NCBI GenBank assembly: GCA_976226885.1
Contig: OZ320313.1
Location: 47,492,001 to 47,556,000, forward strand
Length of the DNA: 64,000 nucleotides
Source: Iphione sp. A-MEVVRFRX5
Taxonomy: Eukaryota
Reading direction: 5' to 3'
Shown: piece after piece, positions 37,601 through 50,605 of the stretch
Numbering within the stretch: the first letter of the stretch is position 1
How the letters are laid out: every line of letters begins with the position of its first letter
Made by a program: the position numbers and the translations under genes
The notes under the pieces: model-generated
Database searches by the model: none
The model's input: only the letters and a program-made list of their open reading frames with translations
Told to the model about the DNA's origin: nothing

Positions 37601-40600
37601 GCCTATTCTGATTGCCACGGGTCAGTTTAGGGAATGTCCTATATGCTGGCGTCCCATGGGTTTTAATGGCAAAGGACCCCACTGGGGCTATTTCAGAAAC
37701 CCGTAACAGTCTCTCTCTTGCTATATCCCCTCTCTGTCCCTCTTTCTTCACCTCCCTTGTGTTATCCTTGTCTTTTCTGAATCTACCATATACATGAAAT
37801 CTTTTAACTGTCGGTCTCATAAATTCTGGATTATATGTTTATCCCATGTCTCCTGCTGCTACCTATTCAATTTCATTTTTTTTTGATTGTCAATTGGCAT
37901 GTATTTCCTTTCTCTGTTCAACAAAGCCCGATATCTTCCAGCCTCCATGTCTTCTCTTCTCCTAACATTTATTCTAGCTTTCTAGCTTTTTTCTCCATCA
38001 TGCCTCGCCTTCCCTGCTTGCAATGGTTCTGCCACTACCATTTCTCAATCTTTCAGCCATGACATTCCACTGGTCTTTTGAAGTTCATGCTCTACAGTTG
38101 TTGGAAGCATCTTCTCACTACCGTCACTCGGCATGTCACTGTCCGTGGCCGTAACTAAGGAGCTGGGAGGCTGCTCACCACCCCTCACACTGTGTAGATG
38201 AAAACAGATGTCCTATAATGTTGGATACAGAGATGGGAAGATAGTTAAAGAGACAGGGGGAAGGAGAGGAAGGGGAGAGAGAAGTATGAGGTGAGGAGAG
38301 TAGGAAGAAAGAGGGAAAAGTGCCGTCTCTGCTTGTCTCTCTTAATTCATCCATCTCTCGGTTTCGTTATCTTTCCTGAATAATATTTGGTTTAAGTGCG
38401 TATGTTTATCTGTTCCCATGTGACCCTCTAATCCAGATTCATGCACGCTGTCACAGGAATGTGGATAAAGCACCTGTACTCTGATAGTGATTTATTGTGG
38501 ATTAGTTGAGAGTAATGGGTGGAATACCAAAGTAGTACATCACCGGGGTTTTAACTTTCTGGTTCACATGTGGTGGGTCCACGGAAGGCTGGGGTCGAGA
38601 ACCCATAGGAAGGTTTGGAGTGCGGATGGGAAAGTATCAGCCGTTGTTGAGTGGGATGTAGGTTGCAGGGCTGGATGGAGGTTAGGGTAGGAAGGAACCT
38701 TGAATCCAGGCGGCGTAACATGGGGCTGTCATATTTCATCCATTCTCAGGGTTCCCGCCCGACCCTACTCTAGTCTCTGTTACATTAAATGTACCCGTGC
38801 GTGTGCATCCTTTCTTGACCGCTTGATCTAGAGGAAATACCCAACAAACCACGCCTAAAAAATATAAATACCTAGGTATAAGCTCCAGCTGTTAGAAGGC
38901 TCCAGCTGTTAGAAGTCCACCTCTAGGCCTTGAAAATTATACAAAGTTAGGCTGCTAGGTATATGCTGAAGCTGTTAGAATACTAAAATCCACCACATGG
39001 CCTTATATGTATCACACAAAGTTGGACAGTGTCCATCGCAAAAATAAGAAAACGGGACGATAAAGTTCCCCTAAGCCATGTAAAATGCTGTCTAGATGTA
39101 TTTATTTGTACGTGGTTTGAACACGTTTAGACTCTGTGGGAAACACATGTCGTCCACCAGGTGGTACTTTTTAACCCTTATATGCTCCTCGTGATTTACT
39201 GTCATGTCCAAATGAAATCCGCAGGCTGTGCTTGTTCCGATGAAGTAAACACATACAACAGAGTAGGATGTTGATATTCACCAACAGTGCCCTTCCCAAA
39301 CCTATGCCGTCACAAATAGATGAAACATGTTCCGAGCATCATTATGGAACCCATTGAACATCTAGCGATTAAATCGTTTGGCCAGGGAGAGGGAGAAATT
39401 TCGTCGATGGCAATAAAAGCAACAATTCCCACTCGAAGCAAAAATAAAAGAGTCACCTGGCTTCGCATAAAGCGGAAATATGTAAGGTCTACCGTGATGT
39501 GAAATCACATAACTTTCGAATCCAGAAGTCATATACAGCCGACTAGAACAAACCAAGATGTGTAGAAAAGATAATTTTTCATTACAAATCGTGAGAGAAA
39601 GCTACAGTTATGAAACAATGTCAGGGGCCTTATGTATACAAGCCACGTGTCGCTTACAACACAAAACACCCTCGCTGGTTATCAGATTTTATTATAGATT
39701 ACGTACCGTCGTGTGTCAACCCTTGCAGAGGTCAATGAGTGCACCAACAATCTATTGCATACACCCATTACGTCCTTGCTATCCGAGACTAAGTGGACGT
39801 CCATGTTACGTTCTCTTGTGGCGTCGGAAGTTGGTCGTGCCCTCTGGTGCTTTCATTCATTACCAGTTCCGACGCGTGCACGTTGACAAGGTGACAGAAG
39901 GAGTGTCCCATGTTTGACCGTTTGCATAAAGCCGCTTCAGGTTTGCGTATATTTGATGAAGGAAAGCAAAGGAGGAGTTTTTTTTTAAACGCAGATATTT
40001 TTACTGTCATTATATGACAGGGCGTGGTGTATAGGCCGGGGGCCAGGAATTTCTGTGGGGGGTATCTGAAATTTGAGTGGTATAACTCCATTCAGAATTT
40101 TAAACAGGAGTATCTCATGAATTGCTGGATAGATTCCCTTCAAACGTGGTAGAAATACAGATATATGCTGGCTACTCAGTAAAAATGTTAAATGTAGATC
40201 AGGTAGAGCCCCTGTTGGAATTTGTCTACATATAGAGTGCACCTGATATGAAGTTTTGGATTGATGAACAGCTCGTGCGTTATCAGAATGGCGCCTATTT
40301 TGATTCTGAAGCAAAGTAAACCTGACAAGATAAAGACGGGATTTTACCTTCTCATGATCCATTCGATCCTGACTAGACTTGTTCAGCACAGTTATCGTAA
40401 TTGGGACATGCAACAAGGGCTATAAGCAGTTCCGATCGAACTGCAAAGATCTCCTTTACTGTAATGAACAACCTGAAATCGATCATGCTTGAACACTAGA
40501 GCAAATGATAATGCTCTAGATGATTGGATTCTTTTCAGGCATTTTATTTATTAGCAGGACTGATGCTCCATACCACGTGCCTGGCAGATGGCGACCTCTT

Positions 40601-41540
40601 GACATATTCGCCACGATCTGAAAGGTCACTGGGCTGCGATTAAAATTCCGACCCCATTAAACATCGATTTAATGTTGCGATCTATGTAAGCAAACATATC
40701 CATATTTGGTTGTAGGCCATTAGCATTAAACCGGCATGGAAGTTCACCTCCAGTCTGTAGACTGGAATGTATAGAATGCTCCCCTGCGGTCTTTTTATGC
40801 TCGTGTTTTTTCTGGGGGAAATGGAAAAGGAACAATTTACACGTGTGTTAAATACGATTAAAGTATATCACTGAATGCTATGTTGAAAAATGCCAGTTCC
40901 CAGGTACGTCTGTGTCATGCCTGTAAAGATTTTGGCTAGGCATAAAAGCGGCTATAACTATAGACATATTATATATGCATGTATATAAGGGAACGACGAG
41001 AGACAGATACATACAGGTCAAGCCAAACAAGCTAATGACTGGGTCAGTGGGAAGGAGGTGGGAAGAGATAACGCGACACCCCTCATGGTAACCAAACGTC
41101 TGACAGGCAAACTCCTGACAGACACTGATTGATGGATGCTGAAAGCCCCAAGACAGAATGTCTTGCTTATCAAGGCATGGCGGGCAGAGGTTAACGATCT
41201 ATCGCACGTGTCTGGACTGGAGGGGGTCTGATGTTCCACTGCTCTCAGATGTCATCATATCAGACTTTTCGCGAGAGTTTACAATCAACATCACTGAATG
41301 ACGTGCCATTATCCTTGTGGGAAATATGTTGCGTTCCTGTTTAATGAGTTCCCAATTTAATGATTATTGATAATGCTTTGTTTAACATGTACTTAAACGT
41401 CCATATTTTAGAGCGAGAACACTACATTTTAGGAATCTAAGTGTATGTAATGACCGTCAGGAAATATGTCAAAGTTGGGGGCAAGGGCTTTTAACACATG
41501 CTACCCTTTCCGACCATCAGTCTGTCTTTCTCAACAACCC

Positions 41541-41543
<3 letters not shown>

Positions 41544-41598
<55 letters not shown>

Positions 41599-41616
41599 AT
41601 CTCTCTCTCTCTCTCT
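41544..41616. repeat. (CT)n microsatellite
   Basis: Direct reading. Confidence 0.97.
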
Positions 41617-42015
41617 GTCTTTCACGGACAGGTTATTTTGTAAGAAGTGACCTAAAGTAGGCAGATTTGTGAGCGGATGAAAAGCCTGTCAAATATTGCT
41701 GTTACTCACAAGCTGTGGCTATTGTAATAGTCTACATTTGACATATAATAAAATAAATAGGAAACACCAGAACATTTTTATACTTTTACGTCTGCACGAT
41801 AAAGGCTTTAGACACATCACTCGTACTAGCCAACATTCCTGGTCTTGAATATAATATTCCTAAAACTCGATTGACTGTTATGATGCAGATTATTCCTATA
41901 CAAAATATCCTTTTATTTCAAAACAGAAGTAGCCGTTTTAGGCCTGATTCTAGGCGATGTCACTGTTACAAATACAAGAGTAAGAATGATATGTTTTGTA
42001 TTTTCTTCTTTCCAG

Positions 42016-42413
42016 CCATCTTTACCATCGCTGATGCGGCCAAACTATCTGCTGTCGTCTACAGCAACTACCTCATCATGTTGGCCGCTGCCATCTTGCT
42101 TGCCCTCCTGGCGGCAGCGTTCGGCATCGTGGAGGTAGCAGGCACAGTCAAGGTGACCATGCCAAAGATGCCAAGCCCTCGCAAACTGAAGAAGAGCCCG
42201 AAGAAAGATAAGGATGTAGAGGCCGCCGGTGCTGATGCTGAGGTTGAGCAGAAGGAGGAAACGGTGGAGCTGGAGGAATCACCGAAGGAGGAGGCAGCGG
42301 CGGCGGAGGCAGCGGCGCCGAACCAGGAGGAGGAGAAGCCGGAAGAGGGCGCCACGAACGGCCACGTCGTGAAGGAGGAGGCGCAGAAGCAGGAGGACGC
42401 TGCACAAGAGTAG
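42016..42413 (+). CDS. Four-pass membrane protein (claudin/PMP22-like), coding exon 2 with acidic C-terminal tail
   Basis: Strong acceptor ttttcttctttccag|CC in phase 1, matching exon 1 (G+CC = Ala). It completes TM3, adds TM4 (YSNYLIMLAAAILLALLAAAFGIV) and ends at TAG 42413. The joined protein is 220 aa. Confidence 0.85.
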
Positions 42414-42742
42414 ACCTTGAAGAAGCCGAGTCTTCGTAAGATGTACAGAGCGCCAGGAAATTTTCTTCTTTAGCATTTTGAGATCGTACGGAAAGATTCT
42501 TTATCGATCTCAACGGCAGTAGAAGTATTAAGAACAAGAGAATCATCATTAAGATAACAGCATCAAGCAAAAATGCCACTGAAATCATCAGGCGACTGAG
42601 TCTGAATTTCGTTTCCTGACTGATGTTTAAATATTCAAACTTAGAATTTATACATTACTAAAGATCAGAATACAATGAACAGCGTGATGAATGTCAGAGT
42701 TTTCCCGACACATTCCCCTGTGGAAAACAATACACCATGATT

Positions 42743-42748
42743 AATAAA
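42743..42748 (+). terminator. Candidate polyadenylation signal
   Basis: AATAAA about 330 bp after the stop, followed by GT/T-rich sequence. Confidence 0.4.
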
Positions 42749-44124
42749 GTGTATGTCACATTTAGCGCATGATTCCATAAAACACATTTTCCGAAGTATC
42801 AAGTTGCTGTCGGTTTTGTAAAATTCTAGAGCTATGTTAGTATGAACAGTTGTCACTGGAGCATTTTCGAGAGACCAGCACTAGATGGCAATAGCGTCTC
42901 CGCGGTGGTGTAGCCTAGCGGAAAATGTGTCTCTGTATTCTTTGTTTTATTTTACTGGGATATTCTAATATAATACAAGCAAGAAAATAAGGACTCCGTT
43001 GATGACTTACTCATGTTTTATGTTTAGACCAGACAAATGGGACACCATGAATGGTGTTTGTTTTTAAGAAATACTGTTGATGTGAAGTTTAAGTAGCGGT
43101 AGCATATGATAATCTTGAACGGTTCAGTATTGAATACATGTGCAATTATGAAGACATTGTGCCTTGAAATGCAAAAGCAATTGTGGATGGCATTTTTATC
43201 ACAAAGAGGAATCGGCCGGTGTGTCTTGCATGTTTACCAACAAAATGCTAGTCGTAGTCTGTTTGAATATGATTAGGAAACAATTATTCTGAGCTTTTAC
43301 TTTTCTTTTTTGAATGGCTAACATTATATATTGGCAAAGGGAGGCTGGCGTGAAAAGGAAAATGCATGTGTGCGTGATGTCCATGTTGTAATACGTTTTT
43401 GGCGAAGTTGTACACGAAGTGGATTATATCGACTAGATCATCTACACATGTTATTGAGTTTACTATCATGACCGATTGTACATTAAAGGCTTGTTTTAGA
43501 AATATAAAAGAACTACTTTTCTATATGCTGTTGTGTTTCCTGCTTTGTACACATGATTACATATTTTTATCAATTTGACAGGGACAAACACATGTATTAT
43601 CTTCCTTTATCCACAGAGCAAGGTGAAACGTACATGTATATATCAGCGCTGACTATGAATTTCTTTATACCAATGATAATTAATTTATCATTGACTTTTG
43701 GCGGATAATATTTAAATTTCTCTATGGGTAAATAATACCCAGACATTGCCCTAGTGTGGCCGAATAATACATGCATGTAGTCAAATGACATATTTAACAA
43801 TTATGAATCCAGTTGGTAGTGGCAAGGCTCTTGGGTAACCAACTGGGGTTGGCAAGGGTCTGGCTGTTTGGACCAAATTTATGTTTGTACATCAGATCAT
43901 TAAGCAGACAGTGTACTAATTGCTGGGGGTCAGTTCCCAGTGGTTGACATATGTAGGTTTTAAAAAATAACAGAGTAATGAAGAAAAGATCAATAACATG
44001 CAGATAATATCAATGCTACTCCTCTAAGGTGATGGCTGGCAGTCTGCAGGAGGTAGATTTTGAAGTACCCACGGATGGCACAGTGGATATCAAATAGGAA
44101 AAATGGATGGAAAGATGTCACCAT

Positions 44125-44495
44125 TATTTTAGACAGGCTTGCTCCTATGTACTACTAAAATAGTGGAGGATATGGAATTATATGGATTACTAGGATTATT
44201 TTAAGAGGAGATTGGTGAAAAAGGTATTACTCATTATAAATTAGCACAAATTATAATACAAATGGAGTAAATGAAGCTATAAGCATCGCTAGGAAAGCGT
44301 GTCTTCCATTGGATGTAAGAGAATCGATTAGGTATGAGACGACATTTTGTAGGGTGATTGAACAAGAGAAAATCTGGACAGTTAACCAAGGAATTGAAAT
44401 GAGCAGAAATAATATTACCTTAGCAGGTAGAGATGTTACCAAAGGGATTGATATATGGTTTACTGATACTGCAGAACAAATAAGCAGCCGACAGT
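44125..44495 (+). mobile_element. Degenerate CR1/L2-type LINE ORF2 fragment (endonuclease-RT linker)
   Basis: LDRLAP...IWITRII...VNEAISIARKA...FTDTA with several stops. This parallels the LDKHAP...PWIT...RNKVN..IRKAK linker of CR1/L2 ORF2. Confidence 0.5.
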
Positions 44496-45244
44496 GCCTA
44501 CAGATGTATCTATGCATAGGGATAAATTTCCTTATTCAGTGAGGTAACGTATGTCGCTGTAGTAAAACTGGTTAGGAGAATGAAGCAAATGCAATTTAAG
44601 TCTCGCCCAAACCGAGGGACCCGGGCGGGGGACAGGGGATGCTTTGTGAAACGAGATGTTGCAGTTGGTGCCTACGAGGAGGTACGTATCTTGTATATAT
44701 CTGGATATTCGAAGGCATTCAACTTAGTGAACCAACAATCAACTATCTAAATTAAATGGTTTTGGTATTCGGGGGAAGGCATGTCCCCAAACTCTGATTA
44801 GTCGATTCCGATTATGATATGACAATTCGTAAAAATTACGTCCGCAGTCCCCATTTTATTAACCATCGACGATCAGCTCATTACTGTGTGGAATAGGCTT
44901 CCACAGGCATTTTGCTGTTCTACCGAAGAAGATAATTAAAATTAATATGTTATGTATCAGCTGATACCGGCCAATAAAAAAACAAATTTGTATCGTGGCC
45001 GAGTTTATATTGAAAAGTGTCCACAAATATAACATACGCAGCCAATGAAAGATTAATACCGAAATTAATGATATTTGGTCGGAGAAATGTGCGAGGCAGA
45101 AAACAAACCCTTGAGATGATAGAGAAACGAGTTCAAAACTCAGCTAAGAGCGGTCAATGTTGAATACGGGCATATATAGCTGTATCAATTATGAAGACGT
45201 TATGAAGATAAATGTTCTGTTGAGCATATAGAGAGTCTATGCTT

Positions 45245-45400
45245 TCAGAGATAACTACGAGTGAAGATGGTATAAGGGTCTTCAACATGGATGAAACGGG
45301 ACTTTCTACAAGCCAAAGCCTATACACCAGCTACTACGCTTCCAGGGAGTGAAATTAAGCAAAGTAGTGTGCATTGGCAGTATACGCTAACCCCGCACTA
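45245..45400 (+). mobile_element. pogo/Tigger-family (DDE_1) transposase relic
   Basis: IRVFNMDETGLST at 45272-45310 is the first-Asp motif of pogo-type transposases. The surrounding frame is broken. Confidence 0.45.
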
Positions 45401-45910
45401 TTCAGCTTTTGCTACCACAGTGTAAGACAGTATCAGACCCCTTATAGATCAATATGCCTTGCTATTCAAGAGAGTGTGGAGACCTTCAGGTTGCTACACC
45501 GTGTCCTGCCCTCTTCAGATGTTCCTAACATCGTGCCTAAGTGCAACTCTAAACCTTGCAGCTTGGCATGCTCCTCTGAAATAACCTGTAAATAGTTCAT
45601 TACGCTGTCTTGTATACTAAAGATAGCTTTGAATATAATCAATATTTATTTTTTACTACTAAGGGATGAAACATACAAGCGCTGCAAACTGTCTACGTCT
45701 TCATGAGACAGTCAAAGACAAATCCTTCAGTATTACAGGCGTAATAATATGGACTCACGCAAAATTGCAATATGGAGGGCTAAGGCGATATCCCCATTTA
45801 TGCAGGTTGAAAACCCACATCAGGGTGCAGACTGCAGGCTGTCCACATGAGCCCACCACAGCGCCCATGTGCCTGGGCTACATGCACTGTCTTAATTGGC
45901 TTTACCAGAT

Positions 45911-46120
45911 GAGTACACCTTACATAAGTTAATTCTTTAAAATTAATGTAAGAGAATACAATATAGCCTTTTTGTTGAAACTGAGGCACATCAATGGAAA
46001 TTTTGGGTATTTTTGTTAAAGGTGAGGCATATTGTGGAAATTCTGGGTCTTTTTGTTGCAAGTGAGGCATATCAGTGGACATTTTTGGTCTTTTTATGCA
46101 AATGAAATGCAAATTGGGGA
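45911..46120. repeat. Second copy of the 16302 repeat family (one arm plus 40-41-bp units)
   Basis: AGTACACCT...GTTAATTCTTTAAAATT, three GAGGCA...TGGA(A/C)ATT units, ending ATGCAAATGAAATGCAAATTGG. Confidence 0.75.
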
Positions 46121-47256
46121 AAAAATGGAAGGATATCTTTCAATGACTGGGCTGTGCGTACATGTGGTAACAGCCTCGTGCTTTGTGATAAAAAAGGAGA
46201 GATTTGTTAAGGAGAAGGACATTTTCCATAGATCAGAAAGCATATTGGCATCCAACACTCATCCATACCCCACCCCTCGCTTCTGTTCCAGTCACCGTAA
46301 GCTCACCATATTTGAACAATGCCAGCATGGGGTACCCATCCTCCCCAGCCCGAACTCAGCGACTCAGCATACATTGAGGGAACTATTTCAGGGAACTCAT
46401 TCAAGGAATTCTGCAGACCGAGGCATGGGGACAATGTCTGACTTGGCAAGCACCATCCAGGAAACAAAAACTACAGCAGAAACGAATAACTAGACAATAT
46501 AATTCTTCTGGTGACGTACAAGAGTGGACACCCGGATGGTATGAGTGAACCTGCAACTGATCCTGTCGTTCAGGAGAAAGGTTTGCAGGGATAGATCATC
46601 ATTCTGGAAAGACTGATAAACTGACGCGTTCTTCTCCCTGAAACGTAAGACCATTTGTAAGACCTATACAAGGAGAAGTAACGCTTTTAGATGTTCCTAA
46701 ACCAAAAGATATTGTTTGATAGCCATAATGATATACGTGTAACAGTTTTATTGAAATAAAGTCCATATCACACTTTAAATATGAAATCCGTATCAATCTC
46801 AAGATTTCTTTATTAGAAGAAACATAGCACTCAACATTGTTTCGGCAATTTCATAGTAAAAGTTCGGCTTGAGAATGTATGTACAGGCACGAGTCAAAAC
46901 CACGTATTGGGAAACGTGTTGTTTCATCCACATCCATAAATCTTCAAACATTTTTCTACTGTCGGAAAATATAAAATGGAAACTCACGACAGCTTTGTAA
47001 AATACACAAAGGGTCGCGGAAGACAGGTAGTACAAACGTACGCTAAAGATTTCCAGCTGGGTTTTTCCCTTCACAGATAACGTGTTCAACATAAAGGCGT
47101 TCTTCATTCATTTGTTTTGTCAGGGCAAGGTATATCAACTTATTGATGTAAACAAGACCATAAGTGCTATTGATTTTCTCTTGACCACACTATCTACACT
47201 GACGCATGTCAATATTGAAAGTATTCTGATGTTCATTAGACCATGATAGAGAAATA

Positions 47257-47437
47257 CAGTGGAACCTCTGTTCTATGGACAGCAAAGGGACTGACCGATT
47301 AAAAAGTGTCCAAAAGAGGGGTGTCCTTTATAGCAGGGGTATTTAAACATGCTTATATAGCTTTGGTTCTGTTTCCAGCCTGTACATACTATAAGGTGTC
47401 CTTTAAGGGGGCCTCCCTTAGTGGACAGGTTCCACTG
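47257..47437. mobile_element. 181-bp TA-flanked pogo/Tigger-type MITE
   Basis: TA-CAGTGGAACCT ... AGGTTCCACTG-TA. Confidence 0.88.
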
Positions 47438-47551
47438 TATATTGCATAAGTGGGAATATTCTCTTTTCAAATATAATCATTTAAGACAAACTGGAAATTT
47501 GGACACATACTTTAGGACATTTATAATCAGATTAATGGGCAAAATAGAAAC

Positions 47552-48148
47552 ATGAAGCCATGTAAATTCAATTCAAACTTGCTTGGCTATTTGGTAGATG
47601 TGAACTTGAAGTTCAAGGACAGTATAAAGGAGTTGCGGAAGAAGATGTGGGTAACATCGTTGAAGATTGGCAGAGTTAAACGAGTTCTTCCTATGGGTGT
47701 CAGAGTAAAGCTCTTTAAGGCACTCGTGGTTCCACTAGTGTCCTACACATCCATACTCTACTATGGTGTGAGCGAATCTGATATTTGCAATCTTCAAATA
47801 CATGAAAACAGGTGTGTACGTGTAGCGATTCAATCAGGTGCGTACATCAGTTCGAGGATGCTGGAGTCTCGCTTTGGGATCGAACGGATCAAGGACCTAA
47901 TCGAACATAAAGGACTGGCTGCTGGACATCATCAGGTGAAGCTGGACCTGCTACCAGAGGGAAGTGCCACTATAACTCAAGGAGGTAGGAGCAGAAGAGT
48001 GACAACTATGAAACCAAAGTCAAGCCGCTTTGCAAGGACGCTGAGATACAGGGGTGTCTCCAACTGGAACAAGCTGCCTCCAGAGATGAAGGCTGTGTGG
48101 AAACCGGACTTCAGAAGGTTTGAGAGGACGAAGCAGCAACGGGGATAA
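47552..48148 (+). mobile_element. CR1/L2-type LINE ORF2 C-terminal fragment (RT thumb and C-terminal domain)
   Basis: LGYLVDVNLKFKDSI, KLFKALVVPLVSY, NLQIHENRCVR and YRGVSNWNKLP are typical CR1/L2 C-terminal motifs. Confidence 0.85.
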
Positions 48149-49110
48149 GACAAGCTTTATGAGGATCTAGTGAGGGCACAGGAGTGCTGGATGTATTTAA
48201 GTCGTGTCCGGAGTCCGGATCAGCTAGTCACAGGTGCTGGTCCCTATTGCACCAACGAACAGGCCGAGTCCTTCTTGTGTGGCAGCCCAACCAGCCACCA
48301 TTCAACCAACATAATGATTCACTAGGTAACATTCCAACAAGCTTTAAACTGTCAGTTTAAGTGTACACGTATAAAAACAAACAATATGCTCACTTGACTA
48401 GGGGAGTGGGGCGTACATGTGGTATATGAAAGAGTCACTAAGACGGCAGTACTACAATAGTGGGAGTTGTAAAACCGAATGAAGTACATAGCCTGTCGAT
48501 GGTAACCAGTGTACTGGATGCTGTTTTGACAGACTACTGCATTTTGATTGTATGTATGAGGATCCGCTTTTGGAGAATTGTATGATTGCTTTAAAGTCTC
48601 AGTCATGTGTTGAGTATGGCTGAGCCAATGCCCAATTAGATGGTGTACACATGTATTTGCCAGATTTGTAAGAGGATGTAAGAATGTGGTTCTTTAAATT
48701 TTGGTCACTGGCATAGGTGAGATCTGGTTATATGAGCAAGGATAAAATGGACATGTCTGGACCATTAGCAAAGTGAGAATAGATGCTCTGTGTACTGTGT
48801 AGTTATGTCTTACTGTGATCTGTCTGTAATTGTTACGCTGTTGCTCATCTATGTTGTCATATTTTTTCAAATTATATCTACTAGGTGTCCTTGTTTCTAT
48901 TGTGCAAATGCAAATGTGTAGCTCGATGTACTTATGCGTCTTCTGATTGTTGTGTGTAGTGTATGACTGCATTGTTATTGTCATGTGTTGTTTTGGTGTC
49001 ACTGTAATGTACTCTATGTTAGGTCGTCTGATGTCAATGTGAACACGTTGTCAATGTGAATACGTTGTTTATAATCGCCTTTATTTCTGTTCAACTGCAT
49101 CCACGGATAA

Positions 49111-49159
49111 CTTTGTAAACATTACAAAGATTGGGCAATAAACAAATACAAATACAAAT
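49111..49159 (+). mobile_element. LINE/SINE 3' tail: stem-loop, AATAAA, (CAAATA)n
   Basis: CTTTGTAA-aca-TTACAAAG hairpin, AATAAA at 49137-49142, then CAAATACAAATACAAAT. Confidence 0.65.
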
Positions 49160-50601
49160 GACATATGGTCTTCATAGTGAGATAATGAATAATACTAATG
49201 TAATATGATTCTCTGTAAGTGATTTTAATTTTCTTATCAGTATCTGTATCGGTGTTCCACACAAGGCTGATCATGTTAATAAACTATATGTACTTAACAA
49301 CTTGGTCCTGGTGTGTACCACGCTTGACTTTTTTGAAGTACATGTATATGTAATAACAGAAACAGAAGTCATCGGTAAACTGCATTTTCTGTAGTAGAAG
49401 CTGCCAAAACAGTGAAAATTGAGCAATGGCTTGATTTTGGCTCAATCTATCTGAATACAAAAATGTTGACGTGTATCAGACGGAAATAAATATATCACCT
49501 GGGAGATGTGGAACGAAACAGAGCAATCTGTGTAACTTCATTTAACTAATTATTTATCGGGTCATCTGGCACATAAGAACATTTCTGTGTTGTGCTAGAA
49601 CCGTTTTTGCTGGATCTTCAACAGAGCCACAGAATCAAGTACATGTATTAATTTAAGATGGTAAGTGATCAGCATAAAATTGCAGGTACGGGTATACCGA
49701 AGATATGAAGCATTGTAATTGTCTTAAATTCACACAGCTTTGTTTTCCTTCCGGCAACAAGAAAAGTAAGCTTTTGACATCATCAACATACAATACTTCA
49801 TTGTTTGCTTTCATGACCGACTTATCAGAGAGTAGACGATTCCATATAAGAAGGGCCTCTTATTGATAAGGATCTGATTAAAACATGATCAGAGGGCCAA
49901 CGTGAATCCTATCATTATTTTGTACTTTCTATCAATATTGCGGTCTATAGAGAACAAAAGAAGACAAATATATCGATATATAGTTACACCTCGTATAAAA
50001 AAATATGTTGCTACAGCTGCCTACTGATATTTCGTACTTGCTTAATCTTTATTCATTGAAATACATAAGCAACTAGATATTGATGACTATCGTTTAAGGG
50101 AAACGGACGGTGACTTCATTAATCGGGTGATGATCTCACCACAACCCTCCCGGGATATGATAATATAGTGGGAAAAACTTCCTTGTGAGTATATATGCAA
50201 CTGGAATTGGTTATTGTTCTCTTGAGGAAGCCTTTACGTAAGCCTCAGACAAGACACCAAAATGCACCTTCGAGTAGCATGATCTCATGACTGCCCAGCT
50301 GGGGAGGATGTCTTCGTGGTGGAATCCCAATACCTGCGGTTATGGAAGCCCACCGCCTCCTATAAGAAGATCTTGCCAAGCTAAGCCCGCCGTTATTATA
50401 CTCAGTAAGGGGACACACGTTCCTCCTCAAACTGGTAATATTAGTACCTAAAAGGATTTCGTGAGTTCGAACGAGATATTACACTCATCAGCACAACGGC
50501 TGACGTTTTTGTCACCACTGTAACCAAGATCTAAAGCCTACAAGCAGCTGCACACAGATAAGTAGCGTGAATTGAGGAGGAAGCCAAACACAAAACCTAA
50601 T

Positions 50602-50605
50602 ATGG
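50602..50605 (+). CDS. Candidate start micro-exon (ATG G) of the MS4A-like gene
   Basis: ATGG|gtaagt is a consensus donor in phase 1. The matching acceptor is ambiguous. Confidence 0.4.

Noticed and set aside
41871-42015. N-terminal part of the 180-aa ORF as a standalone gene start
   Set aside because: It is intronic AT-rich sequence ending in a strong acceptor. The coding part begins at 42016.
46032-46493. 153-aa ORF
   Set aside because: It starts inside the 40-bp repeat and has no recognisable motif or splice support.
50240-50440. GC-richer stretch with short open frames upstream of the MS4A-like gene
   Set aside because: No frame gives a recognisable product. It could be UTR or a repeat fragment.
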